From assembly GCA_943704425.1 (NCBI GenBank), contig CALSCP010000524.1:1-64000 (forward strand): DNA of 64,000 nucleotides. The letters run 5' to 3'. The DNA comes from Ministeria vibrans ATCC 50519. Taxonomy: Eukaryota > Protista > Filasterea. Numbering within the stretch: position 1 is the stretch's first letter; the number at the start of each line of letters is the position of its first letter. The notes under the pieces were generated by a model that saw nothing but the letters and a program-made list of their open reading frames with translations, searched no databases and was not told where the DNA came from. Both the position numbers and the translations under genes were made by a program. This document shows, piece after piece, positions 39,034 through 51,900 of the stretch.

Positions 39034-40340
39034 ATGTCCGCTTCACGCCACTCGGGGCGGCGGGAGAGCGTGCTGACGACGGCTGCGCTGCGTCGCAATG
39101 AACTCTTCCAGCGCCAAGACTCACTTGTTGGCACACCCACCAACCCGTTTGTGTCGCCCCGCAAGCTGCCATGGCACCACTGGCTCAAAGTGGGCGTCGT
39201 CGGCGTCGTGCTGGTGCCCGTGCGGCTGCTTGGGCTCACGGCGGTCCTGCTCGCCATTGCTCTCCTCTGCGCCCTCTCGCAAGTCGGCCAGTCGCTCACG
39301 GAGCGGAACAAGCCTCGTAAAGGATGGAGAAAGTAAGCTGCTGCGGCGGAGACGCCTCCCACGACTGTCATGTCGTTGTTGGTCGAGTTTATTATGATGA
39401 TTATTATGATTTTGAAATCGCTCTTTGTGTGTGTCTCTGCTTCAGACAGATTATGGAAGTGATGCCACGCCTGTGTCGCATTGCCCTCTTCTTCCTGGGC
39501 TTCCACCACGTGCCGGTGAGCGGGGCCATTGCGCCCGCCATGGAGGCCCCCATCCTTGTGGTTGCGCCGCACTCCTCCTTTGTGGACTTCCTGCTCGTCG
39601 TCTCGCGCGTGTGGGCGTCTGGTGTCAGCCGCATTGAGAATGCCCGCATCCCCGTCTTCGGGCCCATCATCTCCTCCACCCAGCCCATCTACGTCGACCG
39701 CCGTGACAAGGAGAGCCGCAAGAACACCTTCAAGGCGATCAAAGAGCGCGCCAAGTCTGCACACTACCGCACCATGATTTTCCCCGAAGGCACCACGACC
39801 AACCGAAAGGTGGGTGAGAAACCACCCCACACAGGCGCATACTAAGTTCTTGCCAACCCGCTATGGGCTCTCTTCTCTTCAGGCACTAATCACATTCAAG
39901 AGCGGCGCCTTCTCAGCGGGCGCTCCCGTCCAACCTGTCCTTCTGCGCTACCACAATCGCGAACTCGACCCTTCATGGACCCACACAGGACTCCCTCAGC
40001 TGCGGCTCTTCTTTCTCATGCTTGCCCAGCTTAACAACTATGCGTCCATTGAGTTCCTTCCTGTCTATCACCCATCTGCGGCAGAACAGTTCGACGCGAC
40101 CCTCTTCTCCAAGTAAGTTCGTTCTACGCTCGTTCTACATCTCTTAGACGAGAAAAGTCTGATAAGTCGTAACTTTTTTTTTCTCCGCATCTCAGTGGTG
40201 TTCGTCGGACAATGGCTGATGCACTGGGTGTCCCCGTCACCGAGCATACATATGAAGACTCGCGGCTAATGCTCGAGGCACACGCAAGTCATCTGCCGAA
40301 AGAGACGGGCGTCGTCGAGTTTGGACATCTCAAGTATACG
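39034..40340 (+). CDS. LPCAT2: Lysophosphatidylcholine acyltransferase (LPCAT1/2-like), 3' truncated at the (CA)n tract
   Basis: VAPHSSFVD, FPEGTTTNR, LITFKSGAF..GAPVQPV, MADALGVPVTEHTYED.RLM. Last donor at about 40341, with no downstream exon. Confidence 0.88.
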
Positions 40341-40389
40341 GTTTGTATTCACGTCGACACACTCACTCACTCGCTCGCTCACCCACTCA

Positions 40390-40391
<2 letters not shown>

Positions 40392-40484
<93 letters not shown>
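40392..40484. repeat. (CA)n microsatellite at the junction of two truncated convergent genes
   Basis: Read directly from the sequence. Confidence 0.97.
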
Positions 40485-40486
<2 letters not shown>

Positions 40487-42126
40487 GGTGCTGAGCGTCA
40501 ATGCGGGCGGCAAGGGCAATTTTTCCAGCAAGCATGCGACCAGCCTTGACACGCAGCTCAGAGGGCACTGACTGGACCACATCACACCCAAACACAATAC
40601 CCTCGTGCAAATGCGACGAGGCACTTGAGAATCCCGCAAGAACCTTCTTGGCTTTCCCTGTACATCCAGAGAGACAGACAGAAGGAATGAGAGAATAACG
40701 ATACAACTGCAAATGGGTACCGAGCAAGTGAATGTTGCAGGCAGGAATGAGACTGAGCTTCTCGACACTGCCCGCAAGACCAACCAACTTAGCCGCAATG
40801 CTGTACGCAGAGGGAAGTATAAGAGAGAAAGAAGGATTGGGATAGCAGAGAGGCACAACAAAAGAATCAAACGTACACAAAGAGAACACATACAAAGGGA
40901 CACACAAAAAGACACAGACACAAACACACAAAAACACACACAAAGAGAAAAAAAATACAAAAATGCACACAAAGTGCATACAAAGAGACGCACGCAAAAG
41001 ACACACGCACAAGGAGAAGCTCATCAAAAAAGAGACACAGAAAAGATCACAGATGCTTGAGAGAGACATGAATCACCATATAACAAAACAATTTTGTAAC
41101 GTACGGTGGACCAACAATAGCAGCAACATTGGGAGCCATAAGATTAATGCGGGAGGCGACATAGGCATCCATCTTGGTGCGGTCGGCGTCCAGTTGCAGT
41201 GCCATGTCGCACGCCTCCTTCACCAACTACACACACACACACACACACACACACAAATACATGCACAGTAAGAAAGCGCCCTTCTCTGTCGTGCTCATTG
41301 TATCACACACCTCCATCTTGTCCGCGGACAAGGGTCGTGCTTTGGTTGTGGATGCGGTAACGTTGATTGCCATCAGCAGCGAACCGGGCAAGATGGTCTC
41401 CAGCTCCTTCGAGGTCACATTCAGCTCGTTTCCTACACACCCACACTTCAATACCCACACTCGCGGGGACGCCATGGCAAAGCGCATACCAAGGCAGCGC
41501 ACAGTTCGCATGTAGTCAAGCGGATTCACCACGACCGACTCAAGTTCGGGAAAGCGGTCGGTGTAGAGATCGCGAGCGAAGCGGTGGATTGTAAACAGCT
41601 CATTCTCAACCTCCGACGCAATGTTATTGGCTCGCACCATCACCTGATACTCAGGATCAACCTCAACGGGTCCTGAGATTTCTTGGCGCTATCACATTCA
41701 AAAAAACGAAAACGATCATCAAACGAAACACAAAAAAGATTGACACATCTCATCTCTTCTCACACGCAAAAAACACACACCCACACACCCACACACACCC
41801 ACCACTGGATCCATCCCGACCCACGCACCTCTTCCTGCAGCAGCAGTTGGTCTATGTCGCGCACAATGTTTCGGTATTTAGTGGACGACGTGAGCTTTGC
41901 AATGCGGCCGATGCTCCCCTCGCGCGCGGCCGTGTGGTCGGCACTCGCCCCGCCGCTGTCGCCATCTACACCAAGACAAGCGCCAGCGTCATCGCCCTGG
42001 ACCCCTTGGGCGTTCTTTACCTCCTGTACCACTCACAGCCTCCTCCTCGTCCCCTTCGTCCACCTCCTCATCTTCGTCTCCCTCAAGATCATCAAGATCG
42101 TTCAAAAGTTCGTCAGCAAGCGACAT
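40485..42126 (-). CDS. PRPF31: U4/U6 snRNP protein Prp31, 3' truncated at the (CA)n tract
   Basis: MSLADELLNDL, GPVEVDPEYQVMVRANN, RFPELESVVVNPLDY, SPPALIL antisense of APNVAAIVG, IPACNIHLLG, RMLAGKIALAARID. The donor at 40484 runs into (GT)n. Confidence 0.93.
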
Positions 42127-42428
42127 CTACAACGATCCTAAAAGATAAATCCAATTAATTCTAATGATTGAATTATCTGTTATTATACGCTCGTTCGATC
42201 TCCAGCGATGCTCACTCTCCAGCACCTCTCCAGTCTGCACGTTCGAGTCTTGACTCTTAAGTCTTCACTTTTTTACATCTAGTTGCTCTAACAAGCCGAC
42301 ACGAATCAAAAGGGCACTCGAATTGTCCTTGAATTGTCCTTTGATCGAATGCAGATAATGAGTCGTAATTATGTAGTGATAATAATTATTGTGATTAATT
42401 TTTTCATTGCCTTTCTTCTTATCTTGCC

Positions 42429-45400
42429 ATGTCCGGCAACACAGAAGGTTCACCCGCCACTGAATGTGAAAGTGAAAAGGAACGCCCAGCGGACGACGTG
42501 CGTGAATGCGAAGGGGCCCCGTCGCGCGACGCTGGCGGATCGTCCGCCACAGCAGAGACAGCGTCGAGCCATCTGGCCCACTTTGTTGATGCTCTCGTTG
42601 CGTTCCAGCAGAAACACGGCCACGCCAATGTGCCGCGTCGCTACCACGCCGACGTGTCGCTCGGCATCTTTGTCCACGCCTTGCGCAACGGGCGCGTGTC
42701 GCTGTCGGCGGCGGACGCAGCCCGGCTGCGCAAGGGCGGCGTCGGCGTGCTTGGCGCCGCCTCCTCACCCACCACCTTCGTCTCCTTCAGCGAACGCCTC
42801 GCCGAAGCCCGTCGCGGCACCCCCAACGTCGAGTGGCTTGCCACCCAGCGCAGCCTCCACAAGTACGAGATGCTGTCGCTTCCGCGCATCCGTCAACTTG
42901 CAGATGCCAAAATCGAAGGGTTCGTCAAGGGAAAGCGTCGCGCTGGTCCCCTCGCCAGTGCATCGCCCGCAAAGAAGGCAGCGCTCACCTCCACCGACAC
43001 CTCATCTAACACACCCACTCCTGTTCCCGTCGCCCCCGTCGCCCCCGCCACTACACAGGAGGAGGCAGCCACCACCTCCACGACTGGTCCATCAGCTGTC
43101 AACAACACGACCGACCCCGCCGATCCCGCTACGCCCAATCCTGTGACGGCCGACTTCGCCGATCTTGACACTGCTGCTGCCAACACCACCAACCCCGACA
43201 CTGCTTCTATTGCCGTCGTTGCATCTACAGCGGCGACCACCGCAAACGAGACGGTTGCAACAACGAACAATGCTACCGTGGCAGGCGTCACGGAAATTGA
43301 AACAACACAGGTCAACGCGACCACCATGGCCCTAAATGCGACGAAGACCAGCGTGAATGGTGACACAGAAGCCTGTGACATCAAGTCATTTTTTCCACCA
43401 CCATCTGCACCTGTTTCCTCAGCACCACCAGCAGCCGCCGCACGTACGACCACCTCGGAGACCCTTGGTCGTCCGCGCAAGACTTCCGCAACACACAATC
43501 ATTGGGAAGATCAATTTGCGGCCCTCATTTCCTTTCGTGACAAATACGGTCACACACGCGTGCCTACCAAAGCAGGACAGGTCCACTCGTCGCTTGGACG
43601 CTGGGTAGCTCGCCAACGCACCATTCACAGCAGCGGAAAAATGCAAGCGACTCGTCTCGCAGCACTCCAAAGCATCAATTTTGAGTGGACGCGTCGTCTC
43701 ACGGGCACCAAGACACCCACCTCGACAGCTGCTGCTGCTGCTGCCACCGTAGCCGCCTCGGCCACTCCGGCATTTACACCATCCTCCACAATTGCCTCCC
43801 CATCAACGCCCTCCACCTTTTCTCTCGCCACCACCACCACCACCACCACTGCCGCTTCCGAGTCTGCTGCGACGTCAGCTCTGTCGGTGAGGCGCACACG
43901 AAAAGCACCACGTCGTATCGACTCCGCTTACGTCTACAACGACGATCCCGACTTTGTCCTCGACTACAGCGGCGCGCCTCTCCTCCTCCCGCCCGCCCCG
44001 CCTCGCAGCGCTAGTTCCACATCAAGTCCTCTCATGACCACATCCTCCGCTGTGTTTTCCACCACGGCACCCCCAACACCCACTGCCACAGCGGCCACGG
44101 CATCTACCTCGCCTGCGCTTGCCCTTAATCCATCACCGGCAGCCGACCTCAGTTGGGCCGATCGCCTGGCTGAGTTGCGTGTCTACGTTGAGGTGTTTGG
44201 CCATTGCAATGTACCCCCCGAGGTGGACGCGTCCCTCTCCGAGTGGAACATCAGCCAATTACGGCGCAATGCCTACCGCCAGCTCTCGAGCGCTCAATTC
44301 AACGATCTCATGGTTGTCACACGTTGCCTGTGGCTCTCTCCCGGACCCGCCGTCTTCACCCACGAGCTTCTCGAAGCGTACGTCTTGAAGCGCGAAGAAC
44401 TCGCAGCCGGTCACGTCAACCCGCTGCTCAGTTGGTCGCGAGGCATCCACGACCTTGGACTCTTTCACAAGCTTGTTGGAAACTGCGCAGTGCCGCTCAG
44501 TCGACTGCGTCTTGCTCGCTGGGTCGCACACGTTCGTGTTCAGAGCGATGGTCATCATCTCAACGATGACTGCCGACAGCAACTCGCTCAACTCGACTTT
44601 CCCTTTGTCCACCCACTTGTTCGCAAACAAAGCAACAAACCATCTGCATCGCCCACTACTGCATCCGCCACACGCGCTCTTTGCAGCTTCGAAGAGGGCA
44701 TTGCTCTACTCTCCAACTTTCGCGCCCGCTACGACCATGCTAACGTACCACTCGATTGCGACACCCATCTCGGCCTGTCTGACTGGGCTGCCCACATCCG
44801 CTACGAGTTCGCCTTGGGCCGTCTTCCCGCTCTACAGATCGGCCAGCTCACTCAATTCGGCTTTCATTTTACTTCCGAAGAGGACACTTCGCCCCGTCAA
44901 GCAGCTTCCTCATCCTCCTCCTCCAACACGACCCATGGTCAATCTGGCACCAAGCGGCGGCCTCGTCAGTCCTCCAAGTCCAACGCCTCTGCCGTCGCCG
45001 CCGCCACCACTTATGGTGCTGCTGCTGCTGCTGCTGCTGCTGCCACTACTACTACTACTACTACTACTTCTACAACTTCTACCACCACTACCGCTGTCGG
45101 TACCGTTTCCACTGATGCACCGGTACCCACATCAGCTGCGCTTATTTCCAGTCAACCATCTACCTCCACCATCCCCACCACCACCGCCACGGGAGAGACT
45201 TCACTACCAAAGACGAACATCTCGCCTGACCAACTCAACGAACTGCAACGACAACAACAAATCATCCGGCAGGCGCAGGCAGCAGTGCTGGACCATCAGT
45301 CGCATGGCGACTCACGCACCGCCGAAGGGCGCACATCCACTGCTGCACGCGAGGCCGCTCACGCCGCCGCAGAGAAGGCCCGTCTGGAGCGGGAACATGA

Positions 45401-46760
45401 AGAAGCTGTGTGGACGGAAAGCTATGCGTGCCTCGCCGACTTTGAGCGCTTCTTTGGTCATCCCAATGTGCCCATCGAATGGCCCATGCTTGGCCGCTGG
45501 GTTGCCAAGCAGCGCCACGACTACCGCACTTTGGTGCTTCCTCGCGAACGAACAGACGTATCATAACTTAATATTATTCACACATTGCAAAAAATGCGCT
45601 TTCTGATAAAATTCCTTTTTGTAGGCCCTGAATCGCATTGGATTCCAATGGACTATTCCCAAACCGATCGACGACGATTTTGAATCAATCAAAGTACGCA
45701 CATAACTTGCAGGAGCGACAAACAAGCAAGCAAGACTCACACAATTATCAAAACGAATATAGTTGGAGGTGGGCGAAGGACGGGCTGAGGGCACAGACGC
45801 AGAGCACAGACACACGCTGCACATGCTGCTGTGGCAGTGGGGCACCCTTGCCTCTCTCACCGCTCCTCAGTCCGACACTTTGACTCATTCCCTTCGGCTT
45901 CAGAGTGTTATTGAGCGACTCAGACTTAGTCCCGTCTGCCAGAGTGCTTTTGACTCGCTCAGTGCGATTGCCACGCAGAGTATCAATAGTGCGCGCTTTC
46001 AAGAGTCATTTGAGCACAGACGCAATTTGGATTCCCACTCACTCACAACCAGACTCAAAGTTAGCACACACACCACACCACAAAGACAAACCACACCACA
46101 AAGACACACACACACACACACACAACACCACAAAGACACACATGCACACACACACAACACACCACAAAGACGCACACACGCACACAGATGCACACACACA
46201 CATGCACACACACACATGCACACACACACACATCACATTACAAAGACATATACGCATGCGCACACACACACTTACACAACACAGCGAACAAACAGATGAA
46301 ACTAACAATGTGTGCATGTGTGTAGGAGCGCATTGACAAGGGAGAGACACTGGAAGCCATTGAGAGGGACTCTGACCAGACGTTATTTGTGTGGCTCACA
46401 ATTGTCCGACGAAACAACTCACTCGGGCTCTTGAGCGACTCTCTTGTACCACACTTGAAAGAAAGACGAAGAAACAAAAAGAAAAACAAACAACTCATTT
46501 TTTTGTTTTCTTTGTTTTAGCGTCAGAAACTGGGAGAGCTCGGAGTTCAATTTGAAGAGACAAAGGAATCAAAGGAGGAAGACCCTACGGCACTGGAGGA
46601 GTACTCTATCAATTTGCACTCGGTACGGGCACGCACACACTACTACAGATCGATAGCACACGACACACATGCCTTTACACACGATTCCCTTTTACTTCAG
46701 TTTTGGATGGGTGCTGTGACGGACGAGCGACTGCACGAACTGAGTTTGGAAATGCAATGA
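42429..46760 (+). CDS. Protein with multiple helicase-associated (HA) domain repeats separated by T/A/S-rich linkers; no helicase domain
   Basis: Repeated motif W...F..L..F...yGH..VP......LG.WV..QR......L...R...L..I.F.W, with at least 6 clear copies and 2-3 degenerate ones. A long first exon (42429-45557) is followed by 5 small exons. Confidence 0.85.
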
Positions 46761-46787
46761 ACAGTTAGTGTGTTTTTATATAATGTC

Positions 46788-47816
46788 TCAATTATCATCA
46801 TGTACAATCTCGAGGATCTCTCGCTTGACACCCGAGTGGGTCTGCCACACACTGGCAATGCGGAGGGGCGTCAGAGCGCGCACCCGCTGCTCAAACAGGC
46901 GGGTGCCGCCTCCGAGTCCAAAGTAGTGAGTTTTGGCTGCAACCAGAGCGCGTCCTGTCGCGGGCTGCAGCATTGCCTCGGTGAGACGTGCCAGAGTTGC
47001 GTGGTGTGCAGTCGAGTAGATGGTCTCCGACATGAGAATGTAGTCAAAGGGCCCTCCTCCTTGCAACAGCGTCTCCTACACTCTCACACACACACAGAGA
47101 CACATACAATTGCCGTTGAGCTCCATTGAGTGGTCATGATTGCGTTGTACTTTTAACGTGGACCAGTCACCAGCGACGAATCGGTGTGCTGAAGGATCGA
47201 CATTGTTCGCACGACAGTTGGGGACTGTGACGGAGCGTAATACTTCAACATTGAAGTCCTGGAACGTCACCAGAGCGCCCTGTTGCGCCATGTACACACC
47301 AGGAAGACCCGCACCACAGCCCAGCTCGAGAACTCGTTTGCCTGGTCGAATACAGCGGATGAGAGCAAAAAAGAGAGAGAGGAAAAAAAGTCGTACCGTC
47401 ATAATCTGACAGCTTTGTGGCAATGTACTCGACAAGATCAAAAGTACACTCCCATACCTTGAGACCACCTTCATACACCCCAGGCACAACATCCGACTCG
47501 ATCCCAAGCGACTCGTCCATCTCTACAAGCGCCTGTGGCGACGGATTGCACTTGACCAGCGTCACTGCAAGTGAACAGAGAAGGCCTCTTGTTCAGACGA
47601 GCACGACACGAGTCTCCCACCCTCCCACGTACCATGATCCAACTCAATGGTAGTGGTATCATCTTCGCCGGCATCAACACTGGACGGGTCAACAACAACG
47701 GGCTCCTTTGGTGGCGTGAGGTCGTCATGAGCGTCCGTCGCCGACGAATCATTCTCAACGGCACCCACCGCCGCCTGATCACCGCCTTCATCGATCTGAA
47801 AGTCAAACTTGAACAT
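46788..47816 (-). CDS. METTL18: Histidine protein methyltransferase 1 homolog (METTL18/Hpm1)
   Basis: MFKFDF, SDVVPGVYEGGLKVWECTFDL, GKRVLELGCGAGLPG, FQDFN.EVL, FDYILMSETIY, AAKTHYFGLGGG. Two introns. Confidence 0.93.
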
Positions 47817-47962
47817 TTCAGGCGGGAGGGGTTTGTTGGTAGGAGAGTTTGAAAGAAGATTGATGAATTTATCAGATGAAATAAATAATTAATAATGTCA
47901 AAATAGCATTTACTGACAGTCTCAAGACACGAAAAAATCGACACAACCCCTCTTCAATACAT

Positions 47963-48695
47963 TTACATTCCTTTAGTAAGCTTCATCCTGACATTGTTCG
48001 CCTTGATTCGCATCTTGCGCTCGGCGCGCATCTTCTGACGGCCCATTGGAAGCTCCTCAAAGGGTGGCTTGGGGTCGGTGAGCGACCACAGCCACTCGGG
48101 GTATTCTTCGTCCGGTCGTGTCATCACATCGCTCGTCTGCTCCGCCAGTGTCGTAATGTTACGCACCGGTCGAGGGACGTGGTCACCACTCTCCAAAATG
48201 GGTGAGACCCACGCTGCAAGAGTGGACACACTCAATCAGACGATTCCTTTCATTCACTCCCGTACCCAACACACACACACACACATATATATACAATATA
48301 TATATACACCCCTCCACAACCACACATACACACATACCCCTCCACAGTCACAGTCACACACGCAGACACACAGACATACACTATTCTTCACTCTCTCATT
48401 CCACTAAAACAGAACCAATAGTACACCTCAAAAATTAATCCACACATACGCACACACATACACACATACACACAGCCACGGCCCACGTGCACTCGCGTAC
48501 ACCCACACGCACACAGACAGCGAGACAGACAGGCAGACAGTCACACATCCTCACTGTACCTTTCTTCTCCTCCTCCGCTCCCTCACTGCCCGCAGCGGCC
48601 GGCTTTGCCGCTGCCTTTGCAGCAAAACCCTGCCATCTTGCCATCACAGGGTGCTGCGCCAGCACCGCTAACCTCCTTGTCACCATCGACGACAT
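47963..48695 (-). CDS. MRPL54: Mitochondrial ribosomal protein mL54
   Basis: Basic transit-peptide exon (48695-48559) plus an exon with RPDEEYPEWLWSL...RAERKMRIKANN. Confidence 0.82.
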
Positions 48696-48916
48696 CAGTT
48701 TTTTTTTTCGCCACTCCAAAAGGAAAAATTCGTCAAATCAAGCCAGTAGTGCTCGCTCACACCCAAACGGATCAATCAAGCGCAGCTCAAAAGTCAAATG
48801 GGGTAAGTAGCGGAAAACAAAAGAAAGAATAATGAATAAAAAAGTTTGATCTTTTTCTTCAATGATCAATCACATTCATTCATTGTTCTCCCTCCCCGAT
48901 CTCTCTCCTCCGATTG

Positions 48917-51900
48917 ATGAATTGGGTCAAGTCGCTTGTGAAGCAAGCGCGAGGCGAGGAGGGAAACGATGAGCGATCTGACGACACCAAAAATATTCCC
49001 ACGCCAAATGTCGCACCAGTCGACAGCCTCAACCCATTTGTCGCCCCACCAGGCTCCGGCCAGCAGCAGCCGGCCCAAGCGTCCCAGGGCGCGTCCGAGT
49101 CGGCCGCTATCCAGCGCATGAGCGACGCGCGAGCCATTCTTCAACTCAAAACAACCGCCGCCGAGCTCCCGCACCTGTCGGACAGTGACCGCGCGCGCAG
49201 ACTCGCCACCATTGCGCCCATGTTTGCGCGTGTCTTTGCCACCACCCCTGTCAACATTGTAGGCCCAGTCGGTTTCCTTTAGACTCCTCTCACAATTTTT
49301 TTTTTCTTCGTCTCTTTCGCTTCCATTGCAGGTCGAATCAAAGTTTGGTGACACGCGTACGCTCGCCTACTACATTGCAAGAAGGCTCGGTGCCGAAGTG
49401 ACGCGTCGGGCCAAGAACCAGTCGCGTGCAGACGCCGCCAGGGCCATCTTGATGTTTCTGGCTCAGGACACTTTTGGTCATAACCTCGTCGCTTGTCTGA
49501 GCATCCTGTGTCCTGCTGGCCAGGCCGCAAGTAGCTCCACCCTCGAGGTATGTGTTTTCTCAAGCTACCCTCTTCATCTTCTTATCGCTATTCTGTTGTT
49601 GTTATTGTTTTGTTGTTGCTCCTCTTTTTGACTGCGTCCACAGGCCATTGCTCAGGCCTCCTTGCCCTCCACTCTCGTCAAGACTCTCTACCTCTTTGTC
49701 GACTTGCCTTCCTCCAGCGAACTTGAGCCACTTGTCGCGAGCGTGGGCAACTCACTGCGCATCATTGCCCTACACCTGTGCGATACGTCCGCGACCGTCA
49801 CCGACCTTGTCAAGACCGACACGCTCTGGCGTCTCTTCTGGACACTCGGACTCGCCTGTCCCGCGCACAACCACATCTGGCTTATAATCACACGCGACAC
49901 AATGGTTGCACTCGGTCGCAGCGGCACCGCCAGTGCCATGCTCGTGCGCTACATCCACGAGAAGTCTGTTCCTCCCGCCGGCACCCGTGGCTGCATTCCT
50001 TCGTGCATTCGGGCCATTCGCAAATTGCACAAATCCGACTCACAAGGCGCCGCTCAGACATTTGCTTCGCTTGCTACATTTGTCGCCGAAAGTAGTCGCC
50101 AAAGTGACATTCTCTTGCACGACTTTGAACACGAAGGGGGCTACACCCTTCTGACCGAGCTTATCGTGGAGTTTGGTGCCGAGCACACTCCCACCGCAAC
50201 GCCCGTGCTCATTGACCTGCTCCGCGCGGTGGCATGCATGAGTTTGCGTGGTCCTCGTCCCATTGTGCCCACTCTCGATGGCATCAACCTCGAGTTTCAA
50301 TCGCGTGGCTTTGGTGTCCCTCTGCCCGCGCGCGACGCTGAGTCCTTGCGCAACACCACCGCGTTCAATTGCCTTCACACAGCCATTCTCAGCGGCTCCC
50401 TCTCCCCCACCGCCTGCAACGTTGCCCTTGACACCATGTTTCAAACTTACACCGCAGACGCTTCAAACTACTTTGTCCTCGAGCGCTCGCACACCCTCGC
50501 CATTCTCCTGCAGCGCCTCGACTCGCTCGCGGTCGAGGCACGCCGGCGTGTCTGCAAAATGCTCGAGTACGTCGTCTGCTCACTCGACTTTGTACCCTTC
50601 CCCGAGTTCATGACCCTTTCGAGCATGCTCTCCAGCCAAGACACCAGCCTTGCCACGCGCTCCCTCGCCCTCCACACCATGGGCAAGTTTGTCAACTTTG
50701 ACTCAAAGTTTAAAAATGTCTGTCGCGAAGTGGGTCTTCTCGACGTACTCAGCAACGGCATTCAGACGTATGCCACGTCGTCTCAGTGCAGCGCACCCGA
50801 TTTAGCTTCCTTGCATCAGCGACAGTTGCAACTACAGCAGCAGCTGTCTCGCGACATTGATGAGTGTGAAAGCGACGAGCACGGCACTGTGTCCGCACGC
50901 GACTATTTTGAACAGCAGGTCGACTGTCTGGCCATGTTGCTCCGTGGCAATCTCGCCAATGTCGAGGTGTTTCTCAAGAGCGGTGGTGCGCTGGCCGTCT
51001 ATAACATGCTGCCCATCGACGCCGCACGTCCCGCTGTCTTGCGCATTGTACGTCGTCTCGTCGCCGAAGACTCCACCATGAGTCGCGGCGACATGGGCCG
51101 TCTGCTCGAAGTAATGCAGTCGGCGCCCCAAGACAAGGTTGCAATGCGCCAGGATATTCTTCAGTGTCTCTGTGGCATGCTCAAGGACAACGTGCATGCC
51201 GCCGACGCTTTTCGCGACGCCGGTGGCTTCGTCTACGTCGTCAGCATCCTGGTGGCCATGGAGAATGCTGTGGCGCCCCCCACCACCGACGAAACTCAGA
51301 CGAGCACAACACCAACAGCACCCACTCCCACCGCTACTGACTCTCTCGTGTCCATCATTGACGATGGTCTTCATCTTGCCCAAATCCGCGACGCAAAAAT
51401 GGATCTGGTGTGCACGGCACTCAAGACAGTGACGCTTGCTATGCGCGGCAACCTTGCTAACCAAATTTACTTTCGCGAAGTCATTGGCTACAGTTCGTTG
51501 CAGGACGCTCTCAGACTCTTGGGAGCACTTCGTGAGGACTCCAAGGCGATCCTCTTGCTTGAGGCGCTCTTGGACTTCGCATCGGACACCATCACACCCT
51601 TTGATCGAGGCACCACCACACTACCCTGGGCCACCAACGCACCCAACACCGCCACAACCACACCCACCAAGGAGCAGACCCATTCACCCGTCTCCCCAAC
51701 CGCACCTTCCATCCCCCCTCCTCCTTCATCGTCCAGTGACGACACCCCCTTCGATGCGTCTCTAGAATCCGATCGAAGTCCCGATACCACCGCCACAGCA
51801 ACTTCGGCAGCAGTACCTTCACCGTTGCCTTCCGGTCGACGTGCTTCCAATGCGCATGGGTCATCGTCGCTTTCCCTAACCATTTTTGAGACACCTAATA

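Noticed and set aside
42190-42255. GTTCGA B-box-like motifs suggesting a tRNA
   Set aside because: No cloverleaf stems can be formed. The region is the PRPF31 5' UTR/promoter.
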